Assembly: GCA_050298595.1 (NCBI GenBank)
Contig: JBNKUM010000037.1
Span: 1-21,642, forward strand
DNA from: Gammaproteobacteria bacterium
Lineage (GTDB): Bacteria > Pseudomonadota > Gammaproteobacteria > GCA-001735895
DNA: 21,642 bases
Reading direction: 5' to 3'
Positions 9,022 through 17,689 of this stretch are shown one piece after another. Numbering within the stretch: position 1 is the first letter of the stretch; each line of letters opens with the position of its first letter. Both the position numbers and the translations under genes were made by a program. Below the pieces are notes generated by a model. The model was not told the DNA's origin. It made no database searches and saw nothing but the letters and a program-made list of their open reading frames with translations.

Positions 9022-9791
9022 TGGCTTACTCCCGCAACAGGCAACTGAAGCAATTCTATCGCCGCCTGGTTTTTTGCGATTCTCAGGCCCTGAACAATTG
9101 CATTGCGATATTCGTTATTATCCAACGGCATCCATTTATTCTCTTTTCGATCCCATAGACCGCACAAAGCCCGGTCCCTGGTCTGGTATAACAGTGCAAT
9201 GCGCCCAACCCTGAGCATATTCACCTTACGCGGCTGGCCATTGATTTCAACCGTATCTTCGTAGCTATCAATCTTGCGGCCATATTCATTTTCTATCTTG
9301 TAGGCTTCCAGTATCTGCCGGAATTTTTCTGCATTAGAGATATCTGCCCGCTGCAGATTGTCTGTCAACTGCTGGATACGCTGCTGTCGTTCCTCTCGAT
9401 GAAAAGGGGCATCGAGTGCAACAAACTGTTGTAATTTTTCCAGCATTTGCATCATCAAAGGAGGCAACTGCCTTTCGATAATGGAAACCTGAGAAATCGA
9501 ATGATCCAGATCGTCAACGATCTGTTGTTGACTGGCAATCTGTTTTGTTAATTGCTGGTTATAGATTTTAAGGCTATCGCTTTGGGCATTAACCTCGCGA
9601 TACTGCTGTAGCAATTGACTGGAGACCTCTGCAACCTGATCGATATCTTTCTGCGATTTAGCAGCTTCCACAACCTTGGCCTGATTGGTTGTTACAATCT
9701 TATCTAAGGTATCTGCAAGCGCTGGATTTGTGACTGCCAATGCAGCCAGTGCAATCCCAGATAACAGGATTTTCATTTTTCTGTATTGCAT
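9018..9791 (-). CDS. ttpB: DUF3450 family protein (TtpB-like)
   Basis: Signal peptide, coiled-coil, and motifs FVALDAPF, EKFRQILEAYKIENEYGR and MLRVGRIALLYQT. Directly upstream of ttpC. AAGGA ribosome-binding site upstream. Confidence 0.85.
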   Translation of the reverse strand: MQYRKMKILLSGIALAALAVTNPALADTLDKIVTTNQAKVVEAAKSQKDIDQVAEVSSQLLQQYREVNAQSDSLKIYNQQLTKQIASQQQIVDDLDHSISQVSIIERQLPPLMMQMLEKLQQFVALDAPFHREERQQRIQQLTDNLQRADISNAEKFRQILEAYKIENEYGRKIDSYEDTVEINGQPRKVNMLRVGRIALLYQTRDRALCGLWDRKENKWMPLDNNEYRNAIVQGLRIAKNQAAIELLQLPVAGVSQ

Positions 9792-9818
9792 TTGGATACT
9801 TATCCTTAAATTATTTAT

Positions 9819-10160
9819 TTATCGAACATCGAGAATATTGTAATGACTCTTGACATATTTTTCACAGCTACAGCCTTTCTTTATTGAGCATACCTGTATT
9901 GTATTCTGTCCCTTACAGGGGCCTGTATCGACTACAAATTCCGGCTCCTGCTCCGGTTGACTGAGAATTGCTTTGGCAATTTCAATATCAATTTCCATAC
10001 CTTCCAGCATGTATTGAGTTTCGAATTTATGTTTATCGACGGAATCACCTGGCGCAGACCGATCCACCTCTTTACCAAGCATATACCCCACCAGGCTACA
10101 ACCCGGCAACATCAGAATAATAAATACAGGGATCATGAGCCTGCTCATTTTTAACAACAT
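9819..10160 (-). CDS. Small hypothetical lipoprotein with C-terminal C-x8-C-x5-C-x-C motif
   Basis: Fills the gap between receptor and ttpB on the same strand (8 nt and 27 nt spacers). Hydrophobic leader ends in lipobox LPGC. Alternative start is ATG 10148. Confidence 0.72.
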   Translation of the reverse strand: MLLKMSRLMIPVFIILMLPGCSLVGYMLGKEVDRSAPGDSVDKHKFETQYMLEGMEIDIEIAKAILSQPEQEPEFVVDTGPCKGQNTIQVCSIKKGCSCEKYVKSHYNILDVR

Positions 10161-10168
10161 CCCTGTTT

Positions 10169-12292
10169 TTAGAACGTAACTTTTGCACCTATAGAAATAA
10201 ACCCTTCAATACCTACTTCCTTGGTCACTGGAATATTACTCGCATATCCAGCAGGTGGAGTTGCCAGGTTATCTCCTTTGGGTGTATAGCTATAGCCCTG
10301 AACATTTTCCTGACCGTAGACATTCAGAATATCGGCAAACAGGCTCATGCTACCCCAACTGTAGTTATCAACCCGCTCTATACGCATATCCAGGCGATGA
10401 TAGGCAGGCAGGCGCTCACTATTCACCTCTCCGTATACCGGGTTTTCCACACCCGCCTGTGTGCTACTTGGAGTCAGTCCAATAATGGGCGTGTAAAGCG
10501 CTCCGCTCTGCGCTTTCCATTTAAAACCCACATTCCATAATTCATTTATCTTATAGTTAGCCACCAGATTGACAATAACGGGCCGATCATAATTAAACGC
10601 CTGGGTTTCACCTGTACGCTCATTGGTGCGCTCGCTTTTTGAAATACTTACCGAGCCCCAGCCATACCAGCCATCGGCCAGATTTCGGTTGACCAATAAC
10701 TCCATACCATAGGCTTCTCCCGAGGCATCATTGCTATAGTTTTTCTCAAAATCTGCATCCACACCCTCGGTCAGGCTTAACACCTGATTCTTCAGATCTT
10801 TGTAATAGATCTCTGACTTCCAGTTCCAGATCGGCGATATCTTTTGCTCAACACCTATGACATAGTGAGTAGATTCTGGTGACTCCAGGTCCTTATTACC
10901 AATCGTCGGCATGACCTCTGCAATCCCTGGAAACTGATGGTATTGACCAATTGCAGCACTCAGAGCCCATTCTTCATTGAGGTTATAACGTGTACGCATG
11001 CGCGCTTCGACAAAATCATTGTTCAGATAGTCATCGGTTGAGAAATGTACCCCCGGTGTCAACTGCCATTGATCGGTGATATACCATTCATCTTCCACAT
11101 AGAAGTCACTAAACACTACATTTTGAGTATCCTTTAGCTGATAGCGCGGCGCATCAGTTGTTGAACAGTCTGGAACAAAATAACTACAAGGGGTAATTTT
11201 GGCATCCAGATCGTATCTGAAATCGACCTGAGCTATTGAACCACCGGTAACCAGCCAGTGCGACTCGCTAAGAGGTTTAGCGAATTCTGTTTTCACGGTA
11301 GTAATGTCCAGTGAGGTAGTCACAAATTGATTAGAACCATAATCTAAATTGGTTTCATCGATACTATGAGCGAAAGCGGTTTTTAAACTCGCACCACTAT
11401 CACTAAACCCTAAATCCCAAATTAATCCCTGACTGTCGAAACTGCGAGTAATTGATGCTGGCCCAAGAAAATCAGGATCTCTGGCTGCTTGTTCAGAAGA
11501 TTCAGAAAAATTAGCCCCGGCTTTATCGCTGGCACCGGATGCCACAAAGGAAAGCTTGCTGGTTTCACTTTGATTCAATACATACTTGAACTGGTAATCA
11601 TCAGACACAGGCGGTTTAGTGATGGTGATACCATCTTCCTCGTCTCCGGTATCCAGATATAAATCGATCAGGCTACGACGATAGGAAAAGTACATCGCCT
11701 GGTTATCGGTAATGCCGCTTTCGACAAAAATACCCGTACGCAGAAAACTGTAATCCAGTGTAGTTTCCAGTGCCTGATTTTTTGGGTCGCGCAATTGAAT
11801 GTCAATCACAGCACCCGTTGCATTATTGTAACGATTGCCATACGCCGCCGGATAGAGGTCAAACTTGCGGATAATATTCTCGTTAAAGATACTGTCACCA
11901 AAAAAATGAAATACATAGGCCGCAGGGATAAAGTCGATTAGATAGGTATTATCCTCTGGTGCCGAACCACGTACCGCTGGTGCGGTCTCATCATCGCTAC
12001 CAAAGGTGACGCCAGGTAAAGATTGTAGTGCCGCCAGCGGATCACTCGCAGCCCCCGCTACATTAAGTAGCTTCTGAACCTCAGGGTCTATTTGAGTAGC
12101 TGGAGGTGTTTGAGCCGTGCCGATGACCTCAATCACCTCAACCTCTGATTGCGTAGTTAATTGCTGAGCTGAAAGCGATGTACAGACAGATATCAGCATC
12201 AGCGGTAATGCCTTACCCAAACCGTTAAGTGTCCGTTTCATCGAAACGGTTGCTTGCCTTTTAATATATTGAGTGTCCATTTTTTTACCCAT
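10169..12292 (-). CDS. TonB-dependent outer-membrane receptor
   Basis: Signal peptide, TonB-box-like EVIEVIG, plug motifs (ALQSLPGV, PAVRGS, YLIDFIP, GAVIDI), beta-barrel strands, RLPAYHRLDMR, NVYG and C-terminal Phe (GAKVTF). Start could be 12292, 12280 or 12243. Confidence 0.92.
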   Translation of the reverse strand: MGKKMDTQYIKRQATVSMKRTLNGLGKALPLMLISVCTSLSAQQLTTQSEVEVIEVIGTAQTPPATQIDPEVQKLLNVAGAASDPLAALQSLPGVTFGSDDETAPAVRGSAPEDNTYLIDFIPAAYVFHFFGDSIFNENIIRKFDLYPAAYGNRYNNATGAVIDIQLRDPKNQALETTLDYSFLRTGIFVESGITDNQAMYFSYRRSLIDLYLDTGDEEDGITITKPPVSDDYQFKYVLNQSETSKLSFVASGASDKAGANFSESSEQAARDPDFLGPASITRSFDSQGLIWDLGFSDSGASLKTAFAHSIDETNLDYGSNQFVTTSLDITTVKTEFAKPLSESHWLVTGGSIAQVDFRYDLDAKITPCSYFVPDCSTTDAPRYQLKDTQNVVFSDFYVEDEWYITDQWQLTPGVHFSTDDYLNNDFVEARMRTRYNLNEEWALSAAIGQYHQFPGIAEVMPTIGNKDLESPESTHYVIGVEQKISPIWNWKSEIYYKDLKNQVLSLTEGVDADFEKNYSNDASGEAYGMELLVNRNLADGWYGWGSVSISKSERTNERTGETQAFNYDRPVIVNLVANYKINELWNVGFKWKAQSGALYTPIIGLTPSSTQAGVENPVYGEVNSERLPAYHRLDMRIERVDNYSWGSMSLFADILNVYGQENVQGYSYTPKGDNLATPPAGYASNIPVTKEVGIEGFISIGAKVTF

Positions 12293-12415
12293 TTTCTCGT
12301 TGTGTGCCCATCAGTGGGTTAGATTCATTCCAGTCAAACCACTACAATGCGTAAACCAATCATGAACTAACCCGGTTTTTATAAGACAAGTTTGGTGCAA
12401 TGGAGTCAATATTTC

Positions 12416-12452
12416 TGTTAGATAAATGTATAAAGATGTAAAGAAGTGTAAC
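12416..12452. promoter_or_regulatory. Phased TGTA direct repeats, putative OmpR/PhoB-family response-regulator site
   Basis: TGTA at 12427, 12437 and 12447 (exact 10-nt period), plus TGTT at 12416. Includes GTAAA-N5-GTAAC at 12438-12452. Confidence 0.45.
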
Positions 12453-12673
12453 AAGCCGACAACTGCTAAAGTGTGAAGATATCAGTCGTTATCCCCTCCT
12501 CAAGCTTTAAGTGTTAAGGGAATAGCCATTAACGGCGAACGAAGCCTTGCCAGGGACACCAGGATTTCACACAAATCCATGTTCAACTGAGGATTCCAGG
12601 TTCAAAGAATAGTTGGGAGATTATCTCGGGCAGAGTAAAGTACCCGAATATTTTTCAACTGGAATACAACATC

Positions 12674-13549
12674 TTGCCACATGCTTATCACAAGGCCGAT
12701 CTGATTCTAATCATTGTCACCCTGATTGCCGGAGCCGGGTGGATATTCACCAGCGAGGCATTGGAAGGCTTCAAGCCTTTGACATTCATGGGTTCACGCT
12801 TCCTGCTCGGCGGTCTCATCCTGTCGATGTTCGCTGTGAAGCAATTGCGCGTTATACAAAGACAGCAGTTGAAAGCTGCGCTGACTGTTGGCCTTTTGTT
12901 TAGCTTAACCATGATGCTGTGGATCGAGGGGCTTTACTGGTCACAACATCTTGGAGTGGGTGCATTCATCTTCAACCTGGGTATTCTGCTGGCTCCGGTC
13001 ATGGCCGTCTTTTTTCATGATTACCCGCCCCTCAGGGTGTGGCTTGCCTTGCCGATTGGTTTCTCGGGTCTTTATTTGCTGTCCGCCGATAGTGAGTTTC
13101 ATTTTGGCACCGGTGAATATCTTTTTATAGGCTCGGCAGTTTCTATGGCGTTATTCATCAATGTCACAACTCGCGTTGCCGCATCGATTCACCCGCTGGC
13201 GTTAACGACTATTCAATTGTGTACCGTGGGCGTTGTGTTACTGCTACTGGCATCGATAGTCGAAGGCATAGCTTGGCCGGGTGACGCGGAGATTTGGGGA
13301 TGGTTTGCTGCCAGCGTAGTGCTGGCAACCAGCCTGCGGTTTTTGCTGCAGATCTGGGCGCATGGTCTGGCACCGGCGAGCCATACTGCCGTATTGCTCA
13401 CCCTTGAGCCGGTCTGGGTTGCCTTGCTCGCAGCCGGATGGTTTGGGGAAAACATGTCCGTGATGCAGATGCTTGGCTGCCTGCTGATTTTTGCAGCGGT
13501 GTTGCTAACCCGGTTTCGTGAATTGATCAGCTTACTGCGAGGGAATTAA
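12674..13549 (+). CDS. EamA/DMT family transporter (about 10 TM)
   Basis: Two EamA-like halves (PLTFMGSRFLLGG; HTAVLLTLEPVWVALLAAGWFGENMS). Very hydrophobic, with a TTG start. Confidence 0.92.
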   Translation: MPHAYHKADLILIIVTLIAGAGWIFTSEALEGFKPLTFMGSRFLLGGLILSMFAVKQLRVIQRQQLKAALTVGLLFSLTMMLWIEGLYWSQHLGVGAFIFNLGILLAPVMAVFFHDYPPLRVWLALPIGFSGLYLLSADSEFHFGTGEYLFIGSAVSMALFINVTTRVAASIHPLALTTIQLCTVGVVLLLLASIVEGIAWPGDAEIWGWFAASVVLATSLRFLLQIWAHGLAPASHTAVLLTLEPVWVALLAAGWFGENMSVMQMLGCLLIFAAVLLTRFRELISLLRGN

Positions 13550-13620
13550 CACTGTTGCCCTTATCAAACCATACCTGTCGTTATGAGCGTTCGGGAGATT
13601 CAGTTTTGCCTTGAGCATCT

Positions 13621-13655
13621 GGGGGGCCACTCGCCTAATCACAGCCCCCCTATTT
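13621..13655. terminator. Possible intrinsic terminator between convergent genes
   Basis: GGGGGGC (13621-13627) / GCCCCCC (13644-13650) stem followed by TATTT. The 16-nt loop is long and the U-tract weak. Confidence 0.35.
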
Positions 13656-13682
13656 ACTCATACAGGATCTTTAAAACACCGC

Positions 13683-16600
13683 TTACATCTTGCCATAACT
13701 ATGTCCGGCATAACCATATACTGTCGTGTTAAGCCTGTTGTTGGCACCCGCTTCCCATGTGACGGTGTCGTTATTAAAAGAATCGCCCTCTTCTCGTCGT
13801 ATACACTTCCATTCAATGGCTGTATTTGCGGGTAGCTTACTGATAACACCAGTCCATACAGGTGCTGTTGGGCCAGGCAGGCTCGTATCGCTACGCATGA
13901 TGTAGTCATAGTAAATATTGGGGTCGAGCTTAACAGCCTGAGCCGGGTTCCAGTTCCCTAACTCAGCAAGGTTACCTGTAACATAGATGCTTTGACCAAA
14001 GCTGGTAAAACCTCTATCACAGATAAAGTTCACCGATGTTGTTGGGTGAGTAACTGTCTTGAGTCTAAAGTAAAAGGATTTTGGTGTACTGACAGCCATC
14101 TTGTCTGTTTTTGCCAGCACCAGATTCTCACCGGCATTATACCAACCACTGCTAGCGGCATTGAATTCTGCCTCAGAATTCTTTTCAGGCAATGCCTGGC
14201 CATCAAGCGTAACAGATGTTGCATAAGCATTCTTCACCACCAGTTTGACGATGTTTGCACGATTCATGACTGCACCAGGATAAGGCGTGGTAACGCTCTC
14301 CATTCCCTGCTGATTAATCGCAGAATCAATCGAGATGTTTACTATGTTGCCCGTCTGCTGCTGGGAGATACTGGTTGTGCGGTACTCATATAAAGGACGC
14401 CCCTGATCGGTATAGTTTAGCGTCAAGCCATTATCCTCATACAGCGTGAAAGCCGAGGGGGTTTCGTCGGCATACACGTTTACGATGAGTTCATCATGCC
14501 GAGAACCATTCCTGCGATCACCGTACGCATCTTTTGTATGCTCATCCACATACATTTGAGGCAGTATCGCCCCTGCCCTGACAAAAGCAGGTAATCGAAA
14601 AATACCATCCCGATAGGTGGGTATGTTTATGACAGTCTCCCCTTTACTATCAACCCACTCCTGAGAATAGTAGTTAACCCATTGGCCTGCGGGCAGGTAA
14701 ACATTGCGCTCGTACTCGCCATGCTTTGCCACCATGCCAACAAGAATATCTCGGCCAATTAATTTTTCGTTACCCACCAGTCTCAAACCAGGATCGTTCT
14801 GGTAGTAGAACAAGGGTGGCGGAATCAAGGGTTCACCATCGAGGTAGGCCCGATATGCCAGTGAATAATAATACGGCAGTAACTCATAGCGCTGGCGAAT
14901 ATTGGCAAGATTACTCTGCTTTTTCCCCACGTGATCAGGCGCGGTTTCGTAACAGGAAGGCTGTCTATTACCGATATTGCTGGCACAGCTAGGGTTGTTA
15001 TCAGGGGTATTAAACTCATTGTCAGTATGAGGACGCACTGGCACATCAAACCAGCTTGCATTGGCAAACCACTGCGTGAATAACTCATCCTGATAAGCAG
15101 TATAAAAAGGTCCAGGGATATTCTTATTGCCGGGCATCACTTCTCGGCGGAAGCCTCCGACATCCGAGCCATAGTAGTCAATACCCGAGAATGACATTTG
15201 CATCTGGGCGTTGGCATGACTGGCTAATAACTCCAGTCTGGAACCAATATCTCCTGACCACATGGCCGTACCATAGCGTTGGGTTCCAGCAGCTCCTGAA
15301 CGGGTTACAATAAAAGGCCTGGGATTGGTAATACCTAAATCATCCATTGTTCCTTGCATGGATACATAACCATCCCAGATCGATTTATTCCACAACAGGT
15401 TATGTAGATTATGAATATCTGGGTGTTGATTCTTGAGTCCATCAACAGTGGTTTCCACACCTTCGTAGCAAGCTCCCGCATCAAACGTTTCAGGCTCTCC
15501 CAGATCGGTCCAGTGGGCATTGATACCTTTTTTTACCAGATTTGGGTAGCGTCGATTATCGTGCAACCATTGTCCAGCCACAGGATCAGACCAGTCGATC
15601 ATACGCCCTTTGCCCCAAAAACCGGTCACAGTATCGTTTAACAACTGATTGCCTGGATCGCAGTTACCATTGGTACGCTTGTAAGCTGTCAAATCTGACG
15701 GCATTTCGGTAAAGGTGTCAACAGTATTGGCCAGATACGATTCTTCGATCGCAGTGAGTCGAATACCATCATCAGCATAGGCCTTTATTTTGGACGAAGG
15801 GTTTGCAAAGAAATAGGGATAGGTAATCGTTTTTCCGCACTCCTTCCATTCGCCCAAAAGGCAATTTTGCTGATCCTGCTCATCCTGATTTTCATCCCAG
15901 TTAAGCCGTCCCATATTACTTTTAGAAGCATCCTGAGTAGCTATGCCACCGAACCAGTTAAGATCGAGTACAAAGCCATCTAACGGAAATTCATCCTGGC
16001 GAAGACCCGCTATTAGCGTATCTATTTCATCCCAATTGTCATAACCAAATTCAGAAACCCACAAACCAAAAGATTTGCGCGGTGGCACCGGTGGGGTTCC
16101 GGTAAGCTGCATAAAGTCGGCGCGCAGATCAGGCAAATCTCTGCCAGTCATAAAATACAGACGCAATTGATCGCCGTACATTCTGGCCTGCCACCAGTTC
16201 TTGGTAAAATCCCACTTCTGCCAATAAACATTGTCCATGAACAGGGCATAATTGAGATTATCAGGACCTACCGCATAGTAAACGGGGATTTGAACATTAC
16301 CAACCATTCCCCCATTGTCTATGCCTTCAAAGCCATTACCAAGAGGCTGGTTATCTTTGTAACTTCCCTCCCTTGCGCCCCCCTGACTAATACGATCGCC
16401 ATCGGCTTTTCCCAACGCAACCTGGCTCAGGTTTTGACCGAGCCCATAAATATTTTGAATTTTGCCCGGTTCGATATCTATACCTTTCAATCCCTGATCC
16501 AGGTTAACTGGGCAAACCGTGGTTAAGCGCTCATTTGCTTTCATTTTGTCGATGAACCTGACGCATATCTGATTATTATTTTTGACAATCTCAAGTTTCA

Positions 16601-16877
16601 TCGCAGAGGTTTCGATGATGTTGCCGTCTGTAGATAGGCTAGAAGGGCCAGAGTAATCATTTTTCATCACCATGGGTGATGTATACAGAGGTTTATAAGT
16701 TGACGGTTGTTTGCTTCGCACTGAGAACTCTAAATGCGCCAGATCATCATCTAGCATCTCAACAACTAAATATTGTGTATCTGTATTGAATATTGTTCGG
16801 AAAACACTTGCGCTAGCAGAGCTGTGCACCGCTAGTAATAAACTCAGTGAAAGGATTATTTTGAAAAATTTATTCAT
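13683..16877 (-). CDS. Secreted glycoside hydrolase family 31 (alpha-glucosidase/alpha-transglucosylase) with C-terminal CBM20 starch-binding module
   Basis: Signal peptide, LDLNWFGG, nucleophile motif HWTDLGEPE, TRSGAAGTQRYG, acid/base WSGD, YGSDVGGF, RYELLPYYY, LPAFVRAGAILP and FTLYEDNG. CBM20 motifs GQSIYVTGNLAELGNW...IEWKCI...WEAGANN. GGAG ribosome-binding site at 16887-16890. Confidence 0.92.
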   Translation of the reverse strand: MNKFFKIILSLSLLLAVHSSASASVFRTIFNTDTQYLVVEMLDDDLAHLEFSVRSKQPSTYKPLYTSPMVMKNDYSGPSSLSTDGNIIETSAMKLEIVKNNNQICVRFIDKMKANERLTTVCPVNLDQGLKGIDIEPGKIQNIYGLGQNLSQVALGKADGDRISQGGAREGSYKDNQPLGNGFEGIDNGGMVGNVQIPVYYAVGPDNLNYALFMDNVYWQKWDFTKNWWQARMYGDQLRLYFMTGRDLPDLRADFMQLTGTPPVPPRKSFGLWVSEFGYDNWDEIDTLIAGLRQDEFPLDGFVLDLNWFGGIATQDASKSNMGRLNWDENQDEQDQQNCLLGEWKECGKTITYPYFFANPSSKIKAYADDGIRLTAIEESYLANTVDTFTEMPSDLTAYKRTNGNCDPGNQLLNDTVTGFWGKGRMIDWSDPVAGQWLHDNRRYPNLVKKGINAHWTDLGEPETFDAGACYEGVETTVDGLKNQHPDIHNLHNLLWNKSIWDGYVSMQGTMDDLGITNPRPFIVTRSGAAGTQRYGTAMWSGDIGSRLELLASHANAQMQMSFSGIDYYGSDVGGFRREVMPGNKNIPGPFYTAYQDELFTQWFANASWFDVPVRPHTDNEFNTPDNNPSCASNIGNRQPSCYETAPDHVGKKQSNLANIRQRYELLPYYYSLAYRAYLDGEPLIPPPLFYYQNDPGLRLVGNEKLIGRDILVGMVAKHGEYERNVYLPAGQWVNYYSQEWVDSKGETVINIPTYRDGIFRLPAFVRAGAILPQMYVDEHTKDAYGDRRNGSRHDELIVNVYADETPSAFTLYEDNGLTLNYTDQGRPLYEYRTTSISQQQTGNIVNISIDSAINQQGMESVTTPYPGAVMNRANIVKLVVKNAYATSVTLDGQALPEKNSEAEFNAASSGWYNAGENLVLAKTDKMAVSTPKSFYFRLKTVTHPTTSVNFICDRGFTSFGQSIYVTGNLAELGNWNPAQAVKLDPNIYYDYIMRSDTSLPGPTAPVWTGVISKLPANTAIEWKCIRREEGDSFNNDTVTWEAGANNRLNTTVYGYAGHSYGKM

Positions 16878-16980
16878 CGGTAAAATCTCCGTATTTGCCG
16901 CTTATAAAGAAAATCAGGAATGGAAAGATATTTTCAGATACTAACCAGGCTAGTAACAACAGCCATACTGTTAATTCGAT

Positions 16981-17133
16981 CTAGCCGCTGCGCTGCCCCT
17001 TCTCAGAAGCAAGGATAGTAGTCTGACCCGTTAAAGAAAAAATAAACTGATTGCGCCAATCGGCGGATGAAAGGTATAAAGCTACGTCGGGTTGAAAATC
17101 AAGATCAGTGACAGAATGCAGTTGCTTAGGCAT
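16981..17133 (-). pseudogene. 50-codon ORF, probable 5' remnant of a GH13 alpha-amylase-family gene
   Basis: Hand translation: MPKQLHSVTDLDFQPDVALYLSSADWRNQFIFSLTGQTTILASEKGQRSG*. AAGGAG lies 7 nt before the ATG. SSADWRNQFIF resembles the GH13 N-terminal PSPxDWRDQxIYFLxxDRF pattern. Confidence 0.6.
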
Positions 17134-17395
17134 TTCGACTCTCCTTGTTGACGAAGTCAGACAATCATAAAAGGCCTGCCCCCATATTTCAAGCTGAGAA
17201 TTCGATCCACCATTGCGTTAACGCTGCAACTAAAGAGGTAGACTCATTCGCCCCTTGAATCCATGTACTTACCGCTACCTATAACTGGACAAAAAATACC
17301 TTTAATGGCAGCAATAGAAAAATCCAAATTGAACGACGCAACTAGAGCGACAACATAGAACAATTGTAATAGCTAAGATTTGCAAGATCAGGTGG

Positions 17396-17689
17396 TCAGG
17401 GTTTACTGCTTTCCAGTAGTTGAATGCTTTTTACATAATACCTTTTTTTCCTAAGCACTGTTTCTACTCTAACTCTGTCCCCAGGTTTCAGGTTAATTAA
17501 AAGCTCAGGGCTTTTATCTGCTCGGGTGACTGCAACCGTTGGTGACAGAGGTAACTGAAGATCATTAACGTTTATGAACTTTCTATTTATTTCGTAAATA
17601 ATCCCCCCCGTCTTATAGGCATAGACCTGAGAACTGATCAACACGTAACTTGATATTATTGCCAGAAAAAATAAATGCCTTTTTTTCAT
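17396..17689 (-). CDS. Small exported protein, PilY2-like
   Basis: ATG 17689 overlaps the pilY1 stop (ATGA) with GGAG upstream. Signal peptide and LKPGDRVRV OB-fold-like motif. Position matches pilY2 in pilY1 operons. Confidence 0.6.
   Translation of the reverse strand: MKKRHLFFLAIISSYVLISSQVYAYKTGGIIYEINRKFINVNDLQLPLSPTVAVTRADKSPELLINLKPGDRVRVETVLRKKRYYVKSIQLLESSKP

Noticed and set aside
10169-16877. Receptor plus GH31 as one polysaccharide utilisation locus
   Set aside because: They are separated by an opposite-strand DMT gene, a putative terminator and a separate promoter region. Nothing in the receptor indicates glucan specificity. Possible but unsupported.
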